Below, piece by piece: positions 23,434 to 36,808 of a DNA stretch of 64,000 nucleotides (positions within the stretch are counted from its first letter, which is position 1; each line of letters opens with the position of its first letter). A program made the position numbers and the translations under genes. Origin of the DNA: Octopus sinensis. Its lineage: Eukaryota. Location: NCBI RefSeq assembly GCF_006345805.1, contig NC_043023.1:10044001-10108000 (forward strand). The letters run 5' to 3'. Below the pieces are notes generated by a model. That model ran no database searches, was not told where the DNA came from, and saw nothing but the letters and a program-made list of their open reading frames with translations.

Positions 23434-23667
23434 GTGAATACCCCCATGTTTATGCATGTGGCTTTTTCGAGAGAATCATTTGCCACACATGTCACACGGA
23501 CATGGCTACTCTCATGTAGGGATTCGTTCATGGACAGTTAAGTTAGGTCTATGAGAGAATGCTTTAACACAGACACGACCATTACATAGGTTTTGTCTGG
23601 GATGAACATTTCCGTGTGTAGTTACAACACCATTTCCAAAAAATGAATTACAACAACTAATGCAAGG
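23434..23667 (-). pseudogene. Three fossil zinc fingers in frame after the ZNF-4 stop
   Basis: *PCISCCNSFFGNGVVTTHGNVH...VCVKAFSHRPNLTVHERIPT*E*PCPCDMCGK*FSRKSHMHKHGGIH. Confidence 0.85.
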
Positions 23668-24426
<759 letters not shown>

Positions 24427-25764
24427 TCAAGAGAAAGAAAAATATTTCGTTGTTCCTTGTTATAGATTGTATTTATATACAGAGGTAGACTTATTCATGA
24501 ATGCTCCTTATAAATATACTGTCTTCCTTTAGGTGATGAGAATATCAAAGACACTTCTGAATGGAGAGATTTCCTTCACGTCAACATGTTGTGATATTCT
24601 GAAATAGAAAAAGAAGCAGTAAGATAAAACTGGACAGTTCACCAACATAAGTAAATAAACATTGCAGATTTTATATCAATACTATTGTCATGCATTTACT
24701 GTCCATGCTTGCATAAGTAGATTGAGTTGGAAGGTGTTAGAAGCTAATGGGAATGGAGCTAGCCAAAACGAAAATATAGTGGGCATAACATGACCAGAGT
24801 AGTGAGTTGATGCCATCCAGAATTTCGCAGAGCAAAGTTGCCACAAGTGAAATGGGCTGTTTAAGAAGTGATCAGAGTTAATGATGAAGAAGCATTGTTA
24901 CTCGTCTGCCGCCTTTCCGCTAACTAATTAAAACTCCCACTTCTCTTCATGGGCACTGAACTTCCCTCTAGGATCCATGCGTGCCCACACTGATGGGCTG
25001 AAGAATGACATAGCAGAACCGTGCTATGATGTGAGAACTAAAATAGCTTTCCTGAGTTGCTACAATATTAAATACTGGCAGAATCACTAAGATTTCGGAT
25101 TAATTGCTTAACAGCATTTCGTTCGTAAATAGCTTTGTCAAACTAGAGATAAAAGCAATCAGGAATGGGAGTGTGTCTGTGCATTGTTTATTTCTCTTCA
25201 ATCAGGTACACACTGTGAGGGCGAGTACGATCGATCATTTGAGCATCCAGATGCCCCTCCCACCTAACCAGGAGTCCCTTCTCTGAAGACCAGCTTGCTA
25301 GCTAGCCCACAGTGAAGGTCCCTCTTTATATTTCGTCTGTCATGAGTTGGTGCCCCAAATGTCTTTCCTTCCACTGAGGTCGACTTTCATCCTTTCGAGG
25401 TAAATAAAATAAGCAGTAGAGCACTCGAGTCCCTGAAGTTAACTCGTCCCCTTCCTACAAATTTCAGGTTTTGTACTTAAAAATACAAAAAGAAAAATCA
25501 TTATTATTATTATTATTATCATCAACATTAATATTTTATAAACCCCAAAAAATCCTGACTCCAAATACATCTTACAATTTCATGAGTCCTTCATGAAAAA
25601 AAGGGACAACGGTAATTATTCTTCTTCCTCTCGTAGGGGTTACGACTACTCACGGAAATGGCGACACACATCTTTGTGAGCAGGGAGGATCTCCTCAGTA
25701 GAATCAATAGCTGCAAACCCTCTGAACACCTCACGGGTTGTGTCCGGGTAGAATGGATATAATT

Positions 25765-25860
25765 CGCCTCTACCCATCTATAGACAGAGATTTTCTTGTG
25801 GGGTGCTTGTAAAGACAAGAACATTACATACGTTGGTGAGACATCTAGAAGCATTGCAGG
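25765..25860 (+). mobile_element. Penelope-like GIY-YIG fragment
   Basis: CKDKNITYVGETSRS motif, preceded by a frameshifted IYR..C segment. Confidence 0.5.
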
Positions 25861-25921
25861 GGGATGAAATAAAAATTAGAGGCAGCATGACCCCATAACC
25901 AGTCCTCCATACTCTACCAAA

Positions 25922-26298
25922 GGTACTACTCAAAAAGAATGGTCCCGGTGCGCGCACTTGTGCTAGTCTGTCATGACTGGTCGATCCTTCAATGACTACC
26001 TAGCGCGAGTATGCAAATTAACAGATGCGCGCATAATAATATATGTATATAATGGCTGAATATATATCAAATAAAATGGGTTTTGTCTAAAACAAAGTAA
26101 ATAAAAGACTCAACAAAAGAAATTACTTAATTTGTGTTTTATTTTCTTTGTTTAAAAAAAATTATTGTCAAAAAAAACCTCATACATGTCTAGCGCATGC
26201 GAGTGTGATTTTTAGTCGCGCACTCGCCTTACGTAGTCTTTGTAAGATCGACTAGTCACGACTAGCTAGCACCGGGACCACACTTGTAGAAAAGTACC
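25922..26298. mobile_element. Older relative of the 29552-29985 MITE
   Basis: Ends GGTACTACT...TGGTCCCGGTGC and GCACCGGGACCA...AGTACC; no TSD visible. Confidence 0.6.
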
Positions 26299-26325
26299 CA
26301 TATATATATAGTATATATATAGTAT

Positions 26326-26358
<33 letters not shown>

Positions 26359-26370
26359 TATACTATATAT

Positions 26371-26468
<98 letters not shown>

Positions 26469-26494
26469 CTATATATATATATATATATATACTA

Positions 26495-26526
<32 letters not shown>

Positions 26527-26557
26527 CTATATATATATTATATATAATATATATATA

Positions 26558-26632
<75 letters not shown>

Positions 26633-26637
26633 ATATA

Positions 26638-26704
<67 letters not shown>

Positions 26705-26743
26705 ATATAATATATATATATATTATATATAATATATATATAT
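26299..26743. repeat. (TA)n-rich microsatellite
   Basis: Directly visible. Confidence 0.98.
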
Positions 26744-27458
26744 AAAAACTTACTTGGAGGAGATGAAATGAAACAAAACGAACTGAATCGAATCTACGTG
26801 AGGGCGCTCAGTCATACAATAGTGTAATAAATAAAATATATGCATACATACATTGATATATGTGCGTACCTACATCTATATGTATATATACATGCATATA
26901 TAATATATATACGTGAGTACAGGACACCATAAATAGACGTAGAACTCAACGAGAAACGAAAATGTAAAAACAAACATGGAAACGGATCTTTTTTAACAAC
27001 GACAAAACAGAGTACAAGACAAACTACACAAGGAAAAATCCCCTTCATCAGCTGTCCCTAGTTCAACTCCAGCGTGTTTCGAAGGTGAGGACAGAACACG
27101 ACTCGCCGAACTAGCCCTTCCTGCGAAAGAATTAAATAAAATTACTTCGCAGAGGGGTAAAAGCAAGGAAGAAAAAAATGTGACAAAAACAGGACGTAAA
27201 AACAACACAATAAAAATACAGTACAAGAAATAAAAACAAACAAGAAAACAAACAATGAGGGCCTTTTTTGGCCTAGACGAGGAAAGATTCTTAAGAGCGC
27301 TGGAAGAACATGTGTTCAATGTTAGAAGGCCCCAGGCGAAAGAAAATAGTCGCCCGCTGTAACAACACACTGCGCAGCATTTTTGCCCAGCATGGGTGTT
27401 TGCTGCCCTGCTCGCAATTTTATTAGATTCAGCTGTGCATCATTAACCAGCTAGAGTA

Positions 27459-27852
27459 GACGCAGGAGTGGCTGTGTGGTAAGTAGCTTGCTAACCACCA
27501 CATGGTTCCGGGTTCAGTCCCACTGCGTGGCATCTTTGGCAAGTGTCTTCTGCTATAGCCCCGGGCCGACCAATGCCTTGTGAGTGGATTTGGTAGACGG
27601 AAACTGAAAGAAGCCTGTCGTATATATGTATAATATATTGTGTGTGGTGTGTTGTGTGGTCTGTGTTTGTCCCCCTAGCATTGCTTGACAACCGATGCTG
27701 GTGTGTTTACGTCCCTTAGCGGTTCGGCAAAAGAGACCGATAGAATAAGTACTGGGCTTACAAAGAATAAGTCCTGGGGTCGATTTGCTCGACTAAAAGG
27801 CGGTGCTCCAGCATGGCCGCAGTCAAATGACTGAAACAAGTAAAGAGAGAGT
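27459..27852 (+). mobile_element. tRNA-derived SINE, family A, full length
   Basis: tRNA-like head with GGTTCAGTCCC, core, (TG)n linker and tail GAAACAAGTAAAGAG. Confidence 0.9.
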
Positions 27853-27916
27853 AGCTGTCCTCTTGGGGTTAAAAATCACAGTTGAGTCTGCTCAAACGGA
27901 CATCCATGTTAAACTG

Positions 27917-28557
27917 GCTACGAATATTACTTGTACTCTTTACTCTTTTACTTGTTTCAGTCATTTGACTGCGGCCATGCTGGCACCGCCTTTAGTTAGC
28001 AAATCGACCCCCAGGACTTATTCTTTGTAAGCCCAGTACTATTCTATCAGTCTCTTTTCCCGAACCGCTAAGTGACGGGGAAGTAAAAGATCTATCTGCG
28101 ACGATTTCATCTCAATCGAAGGAGAGGGCTTTCTCCGTCCGGGTTGCGGATCCGTGGAATAAGCTGCCGGATGAGATGGTGAAGATGCCGACGACCGCTC
28201 GTTCGGTCAAAGTCTCCCTTGACCACATGTGGCCTGAACTTTTACATGAAAACACCACCCTGTACATAACTCCATGTCCCCCTACATGGCTTGCTTTTTG
28301 CTTTTTGAGCCAAAAAATTAACTAGCACCAGCATCGGTTGTCAAGCGATGTTGGGGGGGGGACAAACACAGACACACACATATATATATACATATATACG
28401 ACAGGCTTCATTCAGTTTCCGTCTACCAAATCCACTCACAAGGCTTTGGTTGGCCCGAGGTTATAGCAGAAGACACTTGCCCAAGGTGCTACGCAGTGGG
28501 ACTGAACTCGGAACCATGTGGTAAGCAAGCTACTTACCACACAGCCACTCCTGCGCC
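27917..28557 (-). mobile_element. Family A SINE split by a CR1 fragment
   Basis: 3' part at 27917-28087 and 5' part at 28325-28557 join into a complete copy. Confidence 0.85.
28088..28324 (+). mobile_element. CR1/L2-group LINE 3' fragment
   Basis: FSVRVADPWNKLPDEMVKMP...LDHMWPEL resembles the CR1 C-terminal motif FSxRVVxxWNxLP. Confidence 0.7.
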
Positions 28558-28666
28558 TATAATAATTAATATATAATAATTATTATTTCAGTTCTGTATT
28601 TAAGAGATGAGGAATAATTACATTGTTTACATTTGACGGATATTTGTCCTCATCTTGTTTGTTGTT

Positions 28667-28712
28667 AACGCAACATTTCGGCTGGATACCCCTCCAGCCT
28701 CCATCAGGTGTC
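28667..28712 (-). ncRNA. Decayed minimal type I hammerhead motif (Penelope-type 3' end)
   Basis: GACAC-CTGATGG-A-GGCTGGA/TCCAGCC-GAAA-TGTT-GCGTT: 7 bp stem II, partial stem I pairing, two core changes. Confidence 0.5.
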
Positions 28713-28899
28713 TTGGGAGAAATTATGCACGGGCGAAAGCTGGTCTTGTAAATAATAATCATAACATTTAACTTGGGTATTTCCGTGGGTTGTGGAGTAT
28801 AGATATAACGAAATTATGCCAGCAATGTCTCGTTTTAAACTTGAAGAAAAAAAAAGCCTTGCGTATTTATTCTTAACTGTTTCAGGTGTAAAATCCGCA

Positions 28900-29330
28900 A
28901 TTTCCAAGCAGAAAACAGAATCGGATTGTCATTTGCTTCCACGAAATACCCGAAGTGAAATGTTTTAGTTTTGTCGAGTTATATCGAAGGAATGCCTCCG
29001 AATGAATGCGTAGAAATTATAAATTATTATTACTTACAAGAAATTAATTAACGTTTAATTAAGCGGATTTGTCGATTTCAACATTCGGGTGGTTCCGGCG
29101 GTTCCGGCTTGGCGAATATTTTAAAGTGAAAATCTTCAGAGATCAATAAATATTAGTCCTGTTATCTAACTTTTGACCCCGAGAGATCGATGTGTTTGCT
29201 ATCTCAGCTGATCTCCTCATATTTCGCCCTCGATCCAAAACAAAACATCAGGTTTGTAAATACATATACCGTGGCTCTAATATAAGTACCTCGTGTTACT
29301 TCTTCCGTACTACTCTGATTCCGGACATAA
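28900..29330. promoter_or_regulatory. Candidate bidirectional promoter
   Basis: CpG-retaining island with tandem TTCCGG at about 29093-29108; minus-strand donor CTT|GTAAGT at 29037 and plus-strand donor CAG|GTTTGT at 29252. Confidence 0.35.
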
Positions 29331-29551
29331 AAATCTAGTTAGGGGCAAATTAGTTTTTTTTTTTGTGTGTTTTTAGCTTTAAGTAAAAGCAAGAGAAGAT
29401 AACTCTCAATCTCGGTTTTCACGTGCTATTCCTATAAGGTGGTACTCCTACACATGTGCGCCCCTCGATTTTGTTTCCTCATAACTTTTAGAAAAATAGA
29501 TAATTTTTAATGAAATTTTCTACAAATACGCTTCAGATGGCGTAGATTCTG

Positions 29552-29985
29552 GGTACTACTAGCGAACAGTGGCCCCGGTGCGCGGTTCCGCGCTAGCTAG
29601 CCGTAAGTAGTCGATCCTACAACATTTTAACCCTAACCCTAACCCTGAACCTAATTTTTTAACCCCAACCCTAAACCTAATTTTGTAACCCTAACCCTAA
29701 GCCTAATTTTTAAAACCCTAACCCTAAACCTAAATCTAATTTTTTTAACCCTAACCCTAAACAGTGGTCCCGGTGCGCGCATCCGCGCTAGCTAGACGTA
29801 AGTAGTCGATTCTACAACTTTTAAACCCTAACCCTAACCCTAATCCTACTTTTTTAACCCTAACCTTTGTTTATAAAAATAATTTATTTACTTAGTTTAA
29901 AAAATTATGTAGGATCGACTACTTACGTCTGGCTAGCGCGGATGTGCGAGTGCGCACACCGGGACCACTGTTCGCTAGTAGTACC
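29552..29985. mobile_element. MITE with 9 bp TSD (Mutator-like) carrying (TAACCC)n
   Basis: TIR GGTACTACTAGCGAACAGTGG..CCGGTG; TSD TAGATTCTG at 29543-29551 and 29986-29994; the empty site is present in the host-family copy near 9252. Confidence 0.9.
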
Positions 29986-31247
29986 TAGATTCTGATTATA
30001 TCGGAATGTGTTGCGAAAAAAAGTTTTTCCGTGATTGGAAAGAGAAATTTAGGAAAATTCACACAAGTTAGTTTTGTTCCTTCGTAACTTTCAGGAAAAC
30101 GGGTATTTTTCAATGAATTTTCTACAAATATTTCTCAGAGTGTGTAAATGTGTAAATTACGATAATATTGGAATTTAACATGAAAAACAAAACTGTTTGG
30201 CACGACATGATTTTTTTCTTTTTTTTTTTTTTCAAAATTTGAAGTTTAATCTAGATATATGTGAAGGGTGTCAGTATGTATGTGTATAAGCCCACCAAAT
30301 TTATATTTTCATATTAAATTCCGATATAATCATAATCTACACATTCTGAACCGTCAATATCACTCCGACCCTTTCTTCTGTTCTCTCTCTCATCCTTTCT
30401 ATTTCTTCTCATCCTCTCTCTATTTCTTCTCTTCCCCTCTATTTCTTCTCATCCTCTCTATTTCTTCTCACCCTCTCTATTTCTCCTCTTCCCCTCTATT
30501 TCTTCTCATCCTCTCTATTTCCTCTCATCCTCTCTATATCTTCTCCTCCTCTATTTCCTCTCTATATCTTCTCATCCTCTCTATTTCTTCTCTTCCTCCC
30601 TATTTCTTCTCATCCTCTCTATTTCTTCTCCTACCCTCTCACTGTCTTACATGAACCCAACGACGTTTTCCCGCCTTTTCCCTTCCCAGCAGACGACACC
30701 CTTCTACAGAGACAGACGACCATTTAATCTGTTCTTGTATTCTTGTGTATTTCTGTCATTCTTTACGCAATTTTCCATCTAATGTCCACTTTAAAGGTAA
30801 AAAACTATTTTATTTTTCACTGAAAAAAATTCAACAAAACCACATTAAGTTTTTCTTGTGTTTGTTTGACATTTTGAATTCGTTTGAGAAAGTTTTCCAT
30901 CTCTTGTTTCATTTTAGATTAACTTGTTAAAATAATGGAAATTGAAAAAAGTCAAATGTATTTTTGATTGAAAAATTTATTTCTCATTAAAAAAAATATC
31001 AATAATATATTTAAAAAAAAATTTCGATATGTTACCTTCAATTTTCATGTCATTTCATGGGAGAAATCTATTTTGACAATGTTTCTTGTAAAGACACACT
31101 GTATATAGATACCTGCATCTATGTGTATATAAGTGTGTATAAGTATGTATGAAATACAGATATATTGTCTTTTTGTGCGTAATACATGCAAAAGGAACAG
31201 ATGTTTACTATGAGTGTATGATAGACATGTATAATATGTGTGTGTAA

Positions 31248-31310
<63 letters not shown>

Positions 31311-31449
31311 TTTTATTCTTTTACTTTTTTCAGTCATTTGACTGTGGCCATGCTAGAGCACCGCCTTTTAATCGAGCAACTCGACCCTGGGACTTATTCT
31401 TTGTAAGCCCAGTACTTATTCTATTGGCCTCTTTTGCCAAACGCTAATA

Positions 31450-31506
<57 letters not shown>

Positions 31507-31805
31507 TGGCTGCCCCCTCGTTATCGAGTATAGCCATTGCACGAAGCTTAACTGTTATTGATGCTGTGATCGAATGTGACTTTTTAGCCCAGCCAAAGAT
31601 CTACAATGTCTTGTACAGAATTGCAACTAAAACCTTTACCGGTAAAAAGCCGGCTGTAGTTGTACCTGGACTTCATGTACCTTTGCATGTCGTTTAAGTC
31701 CTCCTGCCGAATTACACTCTCTTCCACATGCTCGACAGATATGATTAGTATGGTGTGTTACACCACCACCAGTGGCCAGGTTGTCACTCATCTGTCTCGT
31801 TTATG

Positions 31806-31839
<34 letters not shown>

Positions 31840-31841
<2 letters not shown>

Positions 31842-31933
31842 CATAAATGCGTCGCACTAGGAGGAACTCTTAAAGTCAAAACTATTATAATTTTTGACTT
31901 TAGGAGTTCCTCCTAGCGTGAGGCATTTATGTA
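31840..31933. repeat. Fold-back inverted repeat E (42 bp arms, 10 nt spacer)
   Basis: 31840-31881 vs 31892-31933, 4 mismatches; abuts (TA)n. Confidence 0.85.
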
Positions 31934-32018
31934 TATAAATGTTTTATGGAATATACATATATATATAGGCGCGAAACATCGCCATATAGACCTGTGCTAC
32001 GACAAGCGAAACATCGCC

Positions 32019-32793
32019 TGTGGCTAGTTTCGGTTGTAGTAGCACAGATTCCGTCGATTTCCGTAAAAAATTTTATTTTTTTACATAAGTAATGAGAGCG
32101 AAAGAGACTAAGAGGAAGCGATTTTACGACGAGAAGGTTTCACTTTGAACCGGCCTGTGTGTGTGTTGATGGGGTGTGGGAGACAGACAGTATGTTGTGT
32201 AAGTGAAGTGCTTCTGTTAGTGTGTGTGAAGAGACAGACATACATATACACATACACCGAGTACATACATACATACACACACACACCCATACATAGATAC
32301 ATACACACACAACATACATACATACATACACACACACATACTTACACACACACACACACACATAGATACATACACACACACATACATGCAGACATACATA
32401 TACACATACACCGAGTAAAAATTACACTGAATCGACCATACATACATACACACATACATACATACACATACACACATACATAGATACATACACACACACA
32501 TACATGCAGACATACATATACACATACACCGAGTAAAAAATCAGTTATCTCTCTCTTTCACACATTACTCTCTCTGTCTCTTCGCACACACTAACAGAAG
32601 CACTTCACTTACACAACATACTGTCTGTCTCCCACACCCATCAAACACACACAGGCCGACTTCAAATGAAACCTTCTCGTCGTAAAATCGCTTCCTCTTA
32701 GTCTCTTTCGCTCTCATTAAACTTATGTAAAAAAATAAAATTTTTTACGGAAATCGACGGAATCTGATCTACGACATACGAAACTTCGCCATA
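32019..32793. mobile_element. Fold-back MITE with ~200 bp TIRs
   Basis: 32019-32240 is inverted at 32580-32793; same family as 18811-19350. Confidence 0.85.
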
Positions 32794-32819
32794 TGTGATG
32801 TATGTATGTACTACGTATG

Positions 32820-32856
<37 letters not shown>

Positions 32857-33012
32857 CATGTATGTTTGTATGTATGTACGTATGTATATGTACGTATGTA
32901 TATATATACTAATACAATTGTTTGTATTCCACCTGCCTTCGTCTTTTGTCTATTTTCATAAAGCTTCCCGTTATATATATATATATGTTTGTATACGTAT
33001 GTATATATGTAC

Positions 33013-33078
<66 letters not shown>

Positions 33079-33092
33079 ATATATATATATAT

Positions 33093-33215
33093 ATTAATTT
33101 ATTATGTAGAAGGAGCTTCTACAGGACTAGAACTGTTTCATTCAAGAGAAATCTTCAGGAACTTGAATGAAACAGTTCTAGTCCTGTAGAAGCTCCTTCT
33201 ACATAATAAATTAAT
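33093..33215. repeat. Fold-back inverted repeat C (perfect 54 bp arms, 15 nt spacer)
   Basis: 33093-33146 vs 33162-33215; abuts (TA)n. Confidence 0.97.
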
Positions 33216-33289
33216 TTTACTCTGCTATGTATTGAGTACCTTATTTACTGTGGTTAACCCCGAATCAACCCGGGACCTACATATATCTA

Positions 33290-33294
33290 TAATA

Positions 33295-33333
<39 letters not shown>

Positions 33334-33371
33334 TATATATATAATATATATATGTTATATATATATATATA

Positions 33372-33402
<31 letters not shown>

Positions 33403-33548
33403 CATAGTATGTATGTATGTATGTATGTATGTACATATGTATGTATATATATATTATATATATATATGTATATGTATGTATGTAGTATTTACATATGTAT
33501 GTATATATATATATATATCTGTTATATATGTTTGTATATATGTATATG

Positions 33549-33579
<31 letters not shown>

Positions 33580-34560
33580 ATATATATTATATATATGTAT
33601 GTGTGTATGTAATATGTATGTGATATATATATAATGTATGTATGTATGTATATATATATTGTATATATGTATGTATATATATATATGTTATATATGTATG
33701 TATATATATATGTATGTGTGTATGTATTCTCTTTCCCTTTTGTTTACGTTTTGCATTATCTCTTTTCCATCTGCCCTTCTCTCACCCTCTCTATATTTCC
33801 CTCTCTTTTCTATATTCCTTTCTCTCCCCCTCTCTCTTCTTTGTAGCTGCCTCTCTTTCTCTGTTCCCTTCATACTCTATCACTCCTGCCCCTTTCTCTC
33901 TCACATTTCTCTTCTTCTCTCCCAACATACCTCTCTGTCATTTATTACATTCGTTCTCCTTTATTACGCTTTCTCTTCCCTCTCCTCTCTCTCTCTCTGT
34001 CTTGTGCGTCTCTATCCCCCCTCTTCCTTTACCAAATGTATAACTCTCTTCATCTCCCTCTCTCTATGTCTATTTATTTCTCTTCGTTATCACTCTCTCT
34101 CTCTCATTCCCTCTTTCTCTCTCTCTGTCTTTATCATTAGGTCCCTCCATTCTTCCTTTTGTTTCCCCTCTCTCTTCCTTTTACTCTTTTCATCTCTGCG
34201 CCTTTCATATTTCTCTTTGCCGTCCCTATCACTCCGACCCTTTCTCCTCTCCTCTGTCTGTCTTGTGCATCTCTTCCCCCCTCTTCCTTTACCAAATGTA
34301 TAACTCTCTTCATCTCTCTCTCTCTATGTCTATCTATTTCTCTTCGTTATCACTCTCTCTCTCTCTCTGTCTTTATCATTAGGTCCCTCCATTCTTCCTT
34401 TTGTTTCCCCTCTCTCTTCCTTTCACTCTTTTCATCTCTGCGCCTTTCATATTTCTCTTTTCCCTCCTTATCACTCCAACCCTTTCTTCTCTCCTCCCTC
34501 TTCCCTTCTATATCTCTCCCTCTCTCCCTCCCTTTACATCAAACATCCCACCATTTCCCG
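33290..34560. repeat. (TA/TATG)n followed by CT-rich low-complexity tract
   Basis: Directly visible; the CT tract contains an internal ~300 bp duplication. Confidence 0.9.
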
Positions 34561-35311
34561 CCTTTTCCCTTCCCAGCAGACGACACCCTACAACAAAGAC
34601 AGACGACCATTTAATCTGTTCTTGTATTCTTGTGTATTTCTGTCATTCTTTACGCAATTTTCCATCTAATGTCCACTTTTAAAATAAAACTATTTTATTT
34701 TTCACTGTAAAAAATTCAACAAAACCACCTCAAGTTATTTCTTGTGTTTGTTTGCCAAGTTTTTTTCTTGTTTCGTTTTTAAGATTAACTTTTTGAAATA
34801 ATGAGAAGTTTGACAAGAAAAATATATTTTTGACAAATGATTGAAAAATTTATTTCTCATTAACAAAATGTCAATAATTTGTTTTGTTTTATATCTATAA
34901 AGTAATTATAATATCGAAAGTAATTTGTATGAATGGAATTATGGATATTTTTGAGTGAGATAATACATTATATTTTAAGATCATTATTGTGTAAGAATTT
35001 TCTCTTTGATTTATCTAAATTTTCAAATCATTTTGTCTTTCATTTTTAGGTCATTTCACGGGAGAACTCAGTTTGATATTGTTTCTTATAGAGACAAACT
35101 ATATAGATACGTGCATCTATGCGTAGACATGAGTGTGTATAAGACATGAAATATAGATATATCTATATGTCTGTAGTTCTGCGAAATACAATTCTACCCT
35201 AAACGTGTGTGTGTACATGTGTATGTGTGTGCATGTATATGTGCAAAGATGGAGAGAGAGAGAGAAAGACAGAAAATGGGTGCAAAGAAAGAGTGAGAGT
35301 GAAGAAAGCGT

Positions 35312-35793
35312 GGATCTTTGCGGTTTGACCGGCAGTTTTTTTCTAGCGGTGTCATGAAATTTTCACCCATAATTATGACCCCAGTATTGATCTATTGCAT
35401 TTCAATCTGTTTTAGGGTTAGGGTTAGGGGTGGGAGGAAGGGTATCTTTTTTTCTTCAGAAATGTAAATAAACCCAGTTTGTTTCTTAAACGAGGGACGT
35501 ATTCATACGGCACAGAATGTTTTTTTTACCTCAATAGACGTCAGTGATTGGTTGAAATTGCAGAAAAAACCCAACAAATATCTTACAAACTATAGAATTT
35601 TCTCAATAAAGCCAAGAGAAAAAGATGTTTTATAAACACATTCTACCAGTATACGAAGTTTAAAAGTGTTTAGTTACCTAGAAAATTATTATTCAAACCG
35701 AAAAGATCCAAGATCGATACTAGGGTCATAATTATGGGTGACAATTTCATATGACACCGCTAGAAAAAACTGCCGTTCAAACCGAAAAGCTCC
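35312..35793. mobile_element. MITE with ~80 bp TIRs and internal TTAGGG units
   Basis: GGATCTTTGCGGTTTGACCGGCAGTTTTT...GATCT is inverted at 35711-35793. Confidence 0.8.
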
Positions 35794-35918
35794 TCAAATT
35801 GTCTTTCTTTATTTTAATGACATTGCCAGGTTTGGAGAAATCTTTATTTCTGAGGTTGTTTCTTTCCATAAAAGATGGAGATCTGGACTCTCTTCGTCAT
35901 TGTGATGTATTTTGACTG

Positions 35919-35949
<31 letters not shown>

Positions 35950-36327
35950 GATACTGCTGAAAAGATCCTGGCTCTGGGTAAAAGAAAATAGAGGTGGATC
36001 AGTTAATTACGATTCTATTCAGCATATTTCCTCTCTCAGATTCACCCACTCATTGCAGCGGTCCTTCAGTTTTCCTAAGCCCTGTAAAAGAATTTGGAAA
36101 TTTGAACCTCCAACCAGATCTTCCGCGACACCCGTAAAGCAAGGAACTTTTCAGCAAGGGACAAATTTAGCTGCAGATCTTATGATTCTATAAATAGTGC
36201 ACAAAATGCTTTGAGAATTGCAGTCCCTGATGTTCAGTACAATGTATTTATTATGCTAGTTTTGACTTTAAGAGTCCCTTCTAGTGTGAGGTATTTACGT
36301 ATGGTAGTGCCCTTAATATGAATAAAT

Positions 36328-36360
<33 letters not shown>

Positions 36361-36741
36361 ATATATATATATATTATATATATATATATACTACAAAATT
36401 AGAAAATGGAGAAAACATACTTAAATCAATCAAACATCAACCATCAGATGATACCCAATCAATACTTTATTACACCATTACATAACAGTAAAGGCATTAT
36501 ACAAAATATATTGTAAATATAATTAGACAAGGAAATAGAAATATAAAATATAATATATAATTATATAATTATATATATATATATATATATGAATGTTTTA
36601 TTTTTTGCTATTTTCTTTTCTTTTAGATGAATTCTAAAGCTGATATTAACCTCAACAATGTATCTGGGGATATTGAACCCTTTTTCACTAAAGCACAACT
36701 GGAGAATATGTCTAAATAAATACACACACACATATATGTAT

Positions 36742-36804
<63 letters not shown>

Positions 36805-36808
<4 letters not shown>

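Noticed and set aside
27030-27130. CTGATGA and CGAAAC on the minus strand near a possible Penelope end
   Set aside because: The motif order and pairing could not be folded into one hammerhead; probably a decayed relic, but not supportable.
29628-29865. (TAACCC)n as an interstitial telomere or fusion site
   Set aside because: The repeats lie inside TIRs and a TSD, so they were carried in by a MITE.
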